From an uncultured Planctomycetales bacterium (GTDB lineage Bacteria > Omnitrophota > Gorgyraeia > Gygaellales > Profunditerraquicolaceae): a stretch of 64,000 nt of DNA. Location: the NCBI GenBank assembly GCA_964603585.1, contig CAZRVK010000009.1, positions 7,319 through 71,318 of the forward strand, in the 5' to 3' direction. Shown here in pieces: positions 29,382-37,308 of this stretch. A program made the translations under genes and the position numbers. The notes under the pieces are model-generated. The model was not told the DNA's origin, did not search any database, and was given only the letters and a program-made list of their open reading frames with translations. Positions within the stretch are counted from its first letter, which is position 1, and every line of letters begins with the position of its first letter.

Positions 29382-31400
29382 TTAATCATTGATCATTTTA
29401 AATATCTTGTCCAGATTACTACGCGCCTCGGCTTCTCCCCGCAAGAAAAATTCCTTGGCCCGGCCTAACTCCAGCCAATGCATACCTTGGGTATCCGGAT
29501 GTAAGACGACATCCGCCAACAACGCCTCTTTCTGTGCTAATTCTGACTGCATCATTTCAAAACTGCTGAAGATCGAATCCAGGATATTCGTCTTGAATTG
29601 ATCTTTTAAATACGAACGTAAATCAAACCATCTCCTCTTCTTTACTGCCGCATAGGTATCGGCAAGCTGTTTTTCTAAAGATCTGCGGTATTTAATCACA
29701 TCCTCTTTGGAAGGGGTAACATTGACCGCAATGATCTTTTTAACCCCCATGGAGATCAACGGCTCCGTGGGTAACGGATGCACTACACCTCCGTCAAAAA
29801 GCAGTTCACCTTTAAACCTAAAGGGCCAAAATACACCCGGCATCGAACAGCTTGCCATGATCGCATCCAATAAAAGGCCTTTTTCTATGACCCGCGGCTC
29901 TTTTTTCTTTATATCACTGGCGATGATCTTTAGGGGAAGCCTTGTATCATAAAAAGTCTTATGCCCAAAATATTTCTTTAAAAGATTATAAAGTTTATTG
30001 CCTTTTATAAAGCCTATTACAGGGAACGTCAAATCAACCAAACTCCAGACATAACGGGGATCATGGAACTCCTGGGTGATCGACAATATCTCATCCGCGG
30101 ATTTTCCTATTGCCCAGAGGCTGGCGATCAATGAACCCATGCTTGTTCCGGTGATGACATCAATAGGGATATGTTCTTCCTCAATCACCTTTAAAACACC
30201 GATATGGCAGAACCCATATGCAAACCCCACGCCCAAAGCCAGGCCTACCAAAGCATCCCCTTCCTGCCGGGAAATCCTCCTAATCACCCGGGAATACTCA
30301 CAACCCGGGTCATCAATGATCATCCGGTCCCCGGTCTTAAACTCCACCTTGGGCAGAGTGGCAAAGATACTATACCCCAATATCTCTACCTGTTCATCAG
30401 GGGATACCTTTGCAAATTTATATTCATTGATTATAACCTTGATCTTCGATTCCTGAAAATTAAAATCATCTTTAAGCCTTTCGATCAAACTACGGGTGCG
30501 CTTCAAATCCACAGGCTCCGGGCTGGTTAGGGTATGGATAGAATCTGATTGATTGAGGACATGAAAAACAAAATGATCCATTGAAGACGGCAAATCAAGA
30601 ATAATATAGTTATAATCATTTACCAGCAAAGTAAAGATTTCCACCAGCCTGCGCACACAGGATGCATCTTCAATGTTGTAAGTAAAAAATGCTACATCAA
30701 TACCAAATTTATCTTTAATAATAAAGTCTTGGATCCGGCCAAGGTTTTCAGAATCAAGGCTCAAATCGAATACCCCGTAATCCCCGGTAATGTCCAGCCG
30801 TTTCGGTAAACTATGAAGCCTGTCCTTGGGGCAAACATCCAGGATAATCAACCGCTTCCTTGTCTCATGCTGCAGGCTAAACGCCAAATTAAGGGCATAA
30901 ATGGACTTACCGGCCTGCGAATAAGAACTAAAAACCGAGATCACCTTGCTTTCAAAAACAATTTTTTGATGTATATCCTTGTTTTTGAGCCTGCGGGAAA
31001 GAGTATGGCTGAAATGAATAGCCAGCGACGGTATTTTCTCAAGAATAAGCTTAAAATCGTCTTTGTTAATCACTAAAATAGTGCAGTCATTAACCGCCCG
31101 CGCGGTAACTGAATGGGTTTCTCCGGTCAAAAGAGAGATGATCCCAAAATACTTGCCATGATGGAGATATTCCAATACAGTTTCATTGCCTTTTGAATCA
31201 TGGGTAAAAACAGAGACCCTCCCGGAGACAATACAATAAAATGCAGCTCCGGGGGAACCTTCCTCATAAATAACCTCGCCTTTCTTGAAATTGGCAATAC
31301 CCGATCTTTCCTTTATGTAATCGATGTCTTTTCCCTTAAGCCCGGAGAATAAAGGGATTTCCTGGAATATTAAATCTTTATTGATCGGGTCCATGTTCAC
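29382..31400 (-). CDS. cNMP-binding domain :: degenerate ParA/MinD-like domain :: patatin-like phospholipase (NTE-like)
   Basis: Residues 15-130 form a cyclic-nucleotide-binding fold. Residues 150-370 form a ParA-like fold with altered Walker A (SSYSQAGKS). Residues 385-580 are a patatin domain with GVGFAYG, the GTSMG serine motif and a DGG Asp. Confidence 0.7.
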   Translation of the reverse strand: MNMDPINKDLIFQEIPLFSGLKGKDIDYIKERSGIANFKKGEVIYEEGSPGAAFYCIVSGRVSVFTHDSKGNETVLEYLHHGKYFGIISLLTGETHSVTARAVNDCTILVINKDDFKLILEKIPSLAIHFSHTLSRRLKNKDIHQKIVFESKVISVFSSYSQAGKSIYALNLAFSLQHETRKRLIILDVCPKDRLHSLPKRLDITGDYGVFDLSLDSENLGRIQDFIIKDKFGIDVAFFTYNIEDASCVRRLVEIFTLLVNDYNYIILDLPSSMDHFVFHVLNQSDSIHTLTSPEPVDLKRTRSLIERLKDDFNFQESKIKVIINEYKFAKVSPDEQVEILGYSIFATLPKVEFKTGDRMIIDDPGCEYSRVIRRISRQEGDALVGLALGVGFAYGFCHIGVLKVIEEEHIPIDVITGTSMGSLIASLWAIGKSADEILSITQEFHDPRYVWSLVDLTFPVIGFIKGNKLYNLLKKYFGHKTFYDTRLPLKIIASDIKKKEPRVIEKGLLLDAIMASCSMPGVFWPFRFKGELLFDGGVVHPLPTEPLISMGVKKIIAVNVTPSKEDVIKYRRSLEKQLADTYAAVKKRRWFDLRSYLKDQFKTNILDSIFSSFEMMQSELAQKEALLADVVLHPDTQGMHWLELGRAKEFFLRGEAEARSNLDKIFKMIND

Positions 31401-31405
31401 TTAAA

Positions 31406-32626
31406 TTACTCCAGAGTACCGTTCTTACAAACCAGTGCAAAACGCCTGGCGCTTTCTCTAATCTTGCGCTGATAAGTGTTATAATCCACATCCACAAGCC
31501 CAAACCGAGGGCCAAACCCTTTATCCCATTCAAAATTATCCATTAAAGACCAGTAGATATACCCGGAAACCTTTACCCCTGCTTGCATCGCACGATGCAG
31601 GCTAAAAAGATGCGCGCGAATAAACTCCCAGCGCAAATTATCATCTGCCGTGCAAATCCCGTTTTCCGTAATAATTACCGGCAGATTATACCGTTTTACT
31701 TTTAAAAGCGTATCATACAACCCTTCGGGATAAATATCCCAATTTAACGAATTCTTTTTTAAGGGATGGTGATTTTTCTGGCACTCGTCTAAAAGCAAGT
31801 TCATAAACCTGGGTTTTTGCACCTCCACCAAGCTGCGCGTATAATAATTGATCCCGATAAAATCAATCGCTTTATGCCGGTAAACCTCATCCAGGAACAA
31901 TGTATTATAAAGCTTATCCCTCAAATAGACAGCAAATTTATCCCGCAGGCGGTCAGTGCAGGGAACAAATGCCTGCATGTTCTTGGCAAAACTAATATAA
32001 GGAGCCGGCAAATTAGATTTTCTGTAAATATCCTTTATCGCATAATACGCCTTAACATGGGCGTTTTTAAAAGTCGCTCCTATCTTCCATGCCTTACAAA
32101 GAGATCTCTCCTGGGGAGGCCAATCCCCAAGGATATAGCCATGATAAACATACACCATCGGCTCATTAATTGTGATCCAGTAACGAGCCTGCCCGCTTAA
32201 AGCCTGCACAATATGCTTTACATACCGCAAGAAAGACTCACAGGCATCACGCCTAAGCCAACCGCCAGAATGGGCAAGCCAAAGGGGGATGGTAAAATGA
32301 TTCAAGGTGACCAAAGGCTCAATTCCCCGGGACTTTAACTGACCAATGACATTTACATAATGCTGTGTTTCTTCAGCAGAAAATTCCCCCTCTTTTGGTT
32401 CAACACGGCTCCATTCAATAGAAAGCCGATGCGCATTATGCCCCAATTGCCCCAACAAATCAAAATCCTGCGGATATAATTCATAATGCCGGCAGGCAGA
32501 CCCGGAGGTATGGGCCAACCCAACCCGCTTCTCCCATTCCCACCAATCAGCGTTAGAATTATTCCCTTCGACTTGATAACTGGAAGTAGCTGACCCCCAA
32601 AGAAAATTTCCAGGAAATTCAATCAT
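31406..32626 (-). CDS. bglA: GH1 beta-glucosidase
   Basis: LWGSATSSYQVEG at the N-terminus, ITENG nucleophile and NEP acid/base motifs. Confidence 0.85.
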   Translation of the reverse strand: MIEFPGNFLWGSATSSYQVEGNNSNADWWEWEKRVGLAHTSGSACRHYELYPQDFDLLGQLGHNAHRLSIEWSRVEPKEGEFSAEETQHYVNVIGQLKSRGIEPLVTLNHFTIPLWLAHSGGWLRRDACESFLRYVKHIVQALSGQARYWITINEPMVYVYHGYILGDWPPQERSLCKAWKIGATFKNAHVKAYYAIKDIYRKSNLPAPYISFAKNMQAFVPCTDRLRDKFAVYLRDKLYNTLFLDEVYRHKAIDFIGINYYTRSLVEVQKPRFMNLLLDECQKNHHPLKKNSLNWDIYPEGLYDTLLKVKRYNLPVIITENGICTADDNLRWEFIRAHLFSLHRAMQAGVKVSGYIYWSLMDNFEWDKGFGPRFGLVDVDYNTYQRKIRESARRFALVCKNGTLE

Positions 32627-32631
32627 GATTG

Positions 32632-33030
32632 TTAAGATTGTGTTTGGATGAAAAGATTTTCTTTCTTGAAACCTTTGTATATCCGGTATGATAAGAAATA
32701 AAAATACCCCCGCACCGGATTAGTTAGAATATCTACAATCAAATGCTGGGTAAGCCCCAGCATAAAAGCAATCCATATTACTGATAAATGCATGGACAAT
32801 ACAGCCATCCAAAGGACCAGGATAAGCTCGATAGAATGAAAGAATATAAAAACAAACCGGAATTGTCGTAAAACAAACCATTGATAAACCTTAGGGAAGT
32901 TAAAAGTAAACCCGCGCTGCAGATAATAATCAAGCATATGGTCTGCGTCTATTAAAGTCCCGGCAGCAAGAGCCGCATAAAAAGCTCCCCACGACTTAGA
33001 AATAAAATAGATTATAGAGCTTATACCCAA
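32632..33030 (-). CDS. DUF457/YdjM-like membrane-bound metal-dependent hydrolase (putative)
   Basis: 132 aa with 4 TM helices and His/Asp motifs DADHMLDY and HLIVDIL. It is the first gene after the riboswitch. Confidence 0.5.
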   Translation of the reverse strand: MGISSIIYFISKSWGAFYAALAAGTLIDADHMLDYYLQRGFTFNFPKVYQWFVLRQFRFVFIFFHSIELILVLWMAVLSMHLSVIWIAFMLGLTQHLIVDILTNPVRGYFYFLSYRIYKGFKKENLFIQTQS

Positions 33031-33114
33031 TGAATAGATAAAATGCCCGCTAACTCTGATATTTTTCCTCCAGAATTATTATCCTTTACTCATTATATCA
33101 CCTGAAAATAAAAA

Positions 33115-33141
33115 ATCCCAACAAAATATGTTGGGATTTTT
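33115..33141 (-). terminator. intrinsic terminator (9-bp stem ATCCCAACA/TGTTGGGAT, U-tract), riboswitch expression platform
   Basis: Perfect stem with a 5-nt loop, flanked by A-tract and T-tract. About 90 nt upstream of the DUF457 start. Confidence 0.6.
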
Positions 33142-33160
33142 AAAGCAAAAAAATAAGACG

Positions 33161-33341
33161 GCCGATAAAGGCAATGGCCACACACCCACGCCATCTCCTT
33201 CGGCAACCCAGCTGCCATAACAGCTAACCCGCTAAAACCGCTGGCCAGAAAACCCACAACCAGCACCAGCAAAAACGAGCATCACTGCCTTAGGCCTGTA
33301 GCTTTGCGCCCCCCGGTTTCCCGAGGTTTGCCTTTATCGGC
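33161..33341 (-). promoter_or_regulatory. c-di-GMP-I (GEMM) riboswitch aptamer with extended P3
   Basis: Minus-strand RNA: AGCCGAUAAAGGCAAACC UCGG-GAAA-CCGG GGGGCGCAAAGCUACAGGCCUAAGG ... GCUGGGUUGCCGAAGG ... UUGCCUUUAUCGGC. GGCAAACC, the GNRA tetraloop hairpin, GGGRCGCAAAGC, GGCCUAA and GGGUUxCCGA appear in the order and spacing of the V. cholerae Vc2 aptamer. P1 is closed by a 14-bp helix (33161-33174 with 33328-33341). Confidence 0.65.
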
Positions 33342-33385
33342 TAAGTTAAGTATATACCAAGATTACACTGATTTCAAGTAAAGCC

Positions 33386-33880
33386 TTAACGTTTCTTTGC
33401 CGGGCTTTTCTCTACCGCTTCTGTGGCTACGGGTGCCGGATTAAGATGCGTACTTAAAACTGCCCAGGTCTTTGGCCCCACCTTGCCATCTACTTGCAAA
33501 TTGTTGGCCTTTTGGAAAGCTTCAATCGCCTGTTTTGTCTTGGGACCGCTCTTACCATCGATGTTTCCTGTATAAAATCCAGCGTTCTTTAATGCCGTCT
33601 GAATTTCATTGACACTGGGCTTATACGGGCCTGATGGTGGAAGCATTTCTAATTTTGGCTCTGTCGCTGATACCGCAGGAATGCTTTCCGGTACAACCTG
33701 GGGTTTTACTTCAACCCCTTTCATTTCCGGAGATGCTTGAGTCTGATTACCAATAGTGCTTAAAGCCTCGATCGACATGGGCTCCTGCATCTCTTCTAAA
33801 GGCTGCTGCTTTTTGCCACATCCTGCCAGATGCATAACCACAACCAAACCTAAAGCTATAAATACCGCTTTCTTCATCAA
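33386..33880 (-). CDS. lipoprotein with C-terminal peptidoglycan-binding (PG_binding_1) domain
   Basis: LAGC lipobox. The C-terminus LKNAGFYTGNIDGKSGPKTKQAIEAFQKANNLQVDGKVGPKTW is a PG-binding repeat. Confidence 0.65.
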   Translation of the reverse strand: MMKKAVFIALGLVVVMHLAGCGKKQQPLEEMQEPMSIEALSTIGNQTQASPEMKGVEVKPQVVPESIPAVSATEPKLEMLPPSGPYKPSVNEIQTALKNAGFYTGNIDGKSGPKTKQAIEAFQKANNLQVDGKVGPKTWAVLSTHLNPAPVATEAVEKSPAKKR

Positions 33881-33966
33881 AACACTCCTTTCTTAAGATT
33901 AGTATAATTGATTTTTATTGTATTACTTATTCAGGAAAAAGCAAATAAAAATTATGCCTTTGTTCC

Positions 33967-35163
33967 TTATAATTTACTTAACTCCGGATACCTTAAATTT
34001 ATCCCAACAAAAAAAACCGCGCAGGCCAAACCGCTGATAAAAACAGCTGCTGGCGCACCGATCCATTGAGTAAGGCTGCCGGCAATAAGATTGCCAAATG
34101 GCATTACTCCGGCAAAAGTAAACATGAACGCACTCATTACCCGGCCACGAAAACTATCCTGGACCAAGGTTTGCAGCAACGTATTTATTAAACTTACGGC
34201 AGTAACTGATGACCATCCGACGAATACCAAGCTTATTGAAGAAAGCAGGTACATATGGGATGAAGCAAATACTAATTGCGAAATAGAAAATACTGCCGTA
34301 GCAATAAAAAGCAATTTGCCTTTGTATTTAAAATCTCCCATCCGGGCAAGTATTAAGGCCGCCGCTAAAGCACCCGCCCCGGCAGAGGACATTAACACAC
34401 CCAGCCCCTTTACTCCTACCTGAAGGATATCTTTGGCAAAAACCGGCATCAATATCACATAAGAAATCCCGAACAAGCTGGTAAGCCCCACCATGGAAAT
34501 TAAAATCATGATCTGCCGGTTACTGCGAATAAATATTAATCCGGCCAGCAGATCTTTCATAAAATGGTCCTTTGTCCCGGGATGAACCGCGCCAGGAAGA
34601 TGTATCGCTAAAAGTGCAACGATTACCGCCAGGAAACTTATGCCATTTAAATAAAAACATCCGCTCATTTCTATACTCGCTATAAGAATCCCCGCTAACG
34701 CCGGCCCAATGATGCGCGCGGAATTAAAAGCCGCGGAATTCAAAGCAATCGCATTCATTAAATGCGCCTTACCCACCAACTCCACCACCATTGCCTGCCG
34801 GGTCGGGCCGTCAAAAGCCATGACTATCCCGTTGAGTACAGCAATAACCATAATTTGAAAAGGAGTGATCACTCTTAATTGGGTCAATACCGCCAGGACA
34901 AAAGCCAAGGTCATAAAAGCGCTTTGCGTAACAAGAAGTATGTTCCTCTTATTTACTCTGTCTGCGACTACACCCCCAAATAAAGAAAGAATAAATACCG
35001 GGATAGTGCTTAAAAAACCCACTAATCCTAAAAGGAATGCTGAATTAGTCAGTTCAAAAACCAGCCAGCTCTGGGCAACTGATTGCACCCAGGTCCCGAT
35101 CAGTGAAAAGAACATCCCAAACCAATAAATCCGGAAATCTTTTATTTTAAGAGAGGAAAACAT
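33967..35163 (-). CDS. MFS transporter
   Basis: 398 aa with 12 TM helices. Confidence 0.7.
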   Translation of the reverse strand: MFSSLKIKDFRIYWFGMFFSLIGTWVQSVAQSWLVFELTNSAFLLGLVGFLSTIPVFILSLFGGVVADRVNKRNILLVTQSAFMTLAFVLAVLTQLRVITPFQIMVIAVLNGIVMAFDGPTRQAMVVELVGKAHLMNAIALNSAAFNSARIIGPALAGILIASIEMSGCFYLNGISFLAVIVALLAIHLPGAVHPGTKDHFMKDLLAGLIFIRSNRQIMILISMVGLTSLFGISYVILMPVFAKDILQVGVKGLGVLMSSAGAGALAAALILARMGDFKYKGKLLFIATAVFSISQLVFASSHMYLLSSISLVFVGWSSVTAVSLINTLLQTLVQDSFRGRVMSAFMFTFAGVMPFGNLIAGSLTQWIGAPAAVFISGLACAVFFVGINLRYPELSKL

Positions 35164-35203
35164 CGGTATTTTTTAGTTGATTTGCTACTCTTCAAACTGG
35201 CCT

Positions 35204-36394
35204 TTACATGAATTTCCTTGCAGCACGGACAATGGAATCATCTCCGAATTTGCATCTGATCTTATCCACAGCCTTATGAATATTTTCTTTTTTAATTTCC
35301 AATTTCTCTGGGAAAAACCCCGGGTCTGAATCTATCGCGGACAAATCAGAAGCTTTGACCCCAACTAACCGGATATCCTGGCCGGATGATATAAAATCAT
35401 GATATAACTGCTTAACCCGGAGGTTTAAGATATCCACAAGATTAGTCCCGCCGGTAACCGTAACTGAACGGGTATAAGTCTGGAAATTCTTTAACCGGAT
35501 CTTTAAGGTGATCGTCCGACATTTTTTCCCTTCCCGGCGTAAACGCATAGATACCTTTTCGCACAAATACATTAAAACACTCTCAACCTTCTCATGGTCC
35601 GAAGTATCCTCTGCAAATGTAACCTCGTTGCTGATCGATTTAGCCGCTTGCTTTGCCTGAACCTCGCTTTCATCCCTGCCATTAGCTAACTCCCAAAGAT
35701 AAGCCCCATTCTTACCCAATAACCCGATCAATTCCCTCACATCACGGCGGGCTAAATCTCCAATAGAATGGATCCCTCTTTCATTTAAACGCTGTTGCGA
35801 TTTCTTCCCCACACCCCAGATCTTCGAAACATCCAAAGGCCAAAGAAACTCCAGGACCCTGCCATTTTCGACTTCTACCAGCCCATCCGGCTTCTTAAGA
35901 TCAGAGGCGATCTTTGCTGCCATTTTTATCGGAGCCAGGCCAATAGACGCAGTAAGCCCGGTAACATCTCTTATCCTGGATTTTATGACTGAACAGGCAT
36001 TATAAGCAGAATCAGCAAAAAGCTGGTATGTTTGACTTATATCTAAAAATGCTTCATCGATGCTTACCGGTTCAACAAGCGGAGTAAAATTATTGAGTAT
36101 CCTATAAATCTGTTCTGAAACACCGCAATATTTATCCATATCCACAGGTAAAAACACTCCTTCAGGGCATTTCTGGTATGCAAGAGAAATAGGCATTGCA
36201 GAATGTATACCAAACTGCCTGGCCTCATAAGAACAGGTGGAAACCACCCCGCGGCCGTAGCCGGCCTTTGGGTCTGATCCGACTATTACCGGCCTTGACT
36301 CAAGAGAAGGATCATCCCTTTGCTCTATAGCGGCAAAGAATGCATCCATATCGATATGAACAATATACCGGCTGTTAAGAAGGTCTTTAGTCAT
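35204..36394 (-). CDS. dinB: DNA polymerase IV (Y-family)
   Basis: IVHIDMDAFFAAIEQRDDP at the N-terminus and SIDEAFLD motifs. Confidence 0.85.
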   Translation of the reverse strand: MTKDLLNSRYIVHIDMDAFFAAIEQRDDPSLESRPVIVGSDPKAGYGRGVVSTCSYEARQFGIHSAMPISLAYQKCPEGVFLPVDMDKYCGVSEQIYRILNNFTPLVEPVSIDEAFLDISQTYQLFADSAYNACSVIKSRIRDVTGLTASIGLAPIKMAAKIASDLKKPDGLVEVENGRVLEFLWPLDVSKIWGVGKKSQQRLNERGIHSIGDLARRDVRELIGLLGKNGAYLWELANGRDESEVQAKQAAKSISNEVTFAEDTSDHEKVESVLMYLCEKVSMRLRREGKKCRTITLKIRLKNFQTYTRSVTVTGGTNLVDILNLRVKQLYHDFISSGQDIRLVGVKASDLSAIDSDPGFFPEKLEIKKENIHKAVDKIRCKFGDDSIVRAARKFM

Positions 36395-36409
36395 CTGCCA
36401 ATGATAACA

Positions 36410-36458
36410 AAGGGCCCGATCTTATACAACATTAAATTAATTATAAGATCGGGCCCTT
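36410..36458 (-). terminator. 17-bp perfect inverted repeat hairpin downstream of gpmA
   Basis: AAGGGCCCGATCTTATA (15-nt loop) TATAAGATCGGGCCCTT, followed by T-rich sequence on the minus strand. Confidence 0.5.
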
Positions 36459-36468
36459 AGGGATTCTT

Positions 36469-37215
36469 TTATTTGGTCTTTCCCTGATTAGCCACCTGAT
36501 CCATCGCCTTTTTCACCTCTAACGGGTCACCTAAATAATAATGCTTGATCGGCTTTAAATCATCGTCTAATTCATAAACCAGAGGCATCCCTGTCGGGAT
36601 ATTCAACTTTACGATTTCAGCATCCGAGATATTATCCAGGTATTTCACCAATGCCCTTAGGCTGTTGCCATGCGCGGCAATTATCAGGCGTTTGCCGGAT
36701 TTTAGCGCAGGGGCAATAGTTTCATGCCAATAGGGCAGGAACCTGGCCACTGTATCCTTTAGGCATTCCGTGAGCGGCAGGTCACTCTTATTAAGCGCGC
36801 TATAGCGGGGATCAAACCCCGGATACCGGGGATCGGTCTCGGTCAAGGCAGAAGGACGTATATCATAACTTCGTCTCCAGATCAAAACCTGATCTTCTCC
36901 GTATTGGGATGCCGTTTCGGATTTATTCAAACCCTGTAAAGCCCCATAATGCCTCTCATTCAATCTCCAGGTATTGTAAACCGGTATCCACATCAGATCC
37001 ATCTCATCCAAAACAACCCATAAGGTCCTGATTGCCCGTTTTAATACCGAGGTATAGGCGGCATCGAAAATAAACCCTTCCTTCTTTAAAACCTCTCCGG
37101 CAGCCTTGGCCTCCTGAAGGCCTCGAGGCGAAAGATCAACATCCGTCCATCCGGTAAACCGGTTTTCTTTATTCCAGGCACTTTCACCGTGTCGCAAAAG
37201 AACGATCTTTTTCAT
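36469..37215 (-). CDS. gpmA: 2,3-bisphosphoglycerate-dependent phosphoglycerate mutase
   Basis: RHGESAWN and the histidine phosphatase signature. 248 aa. Confidence 0.85.
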   Translation of the reverse strand: MKKIVLLRHGESAWNKENRFTGWTDVDLSPRGLQEAKAAGEVLKKEGFIFDAAYTSVLKRAIRTLWVVLDEMDLMWIPVYNTWRLNERHYGALQGLNKSETASQYGEDQVLIWRRSYDIRPSALTETDPRYPGFDPRYSALNKSDLPLTECLKDTVARFLPYWHETIAPALKSGKRLIIAAHGNSLRALVKYLDNISDAEIVKLNIPTGMPLVYELDDDLKPIKHYYLGDPLEVKKAMDQVANQGKTK

Positions 37216-37308
37216 TTATTTGTCTCCTCTCAATCAATCAGTAAAGATTATATATTACTATTTCCTATACCGGTATTTTAAAACGATTTACCCAGAAAGG
37301 ATTTATTT

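Noticed and set aside
33147-33341. P1 helix plus the following U7 tract as an intrinsic terminator in itself
   Set aside because: The loop would be about 165 nt. The genuine short-loop terminator lies just downstream at 33115-33141.
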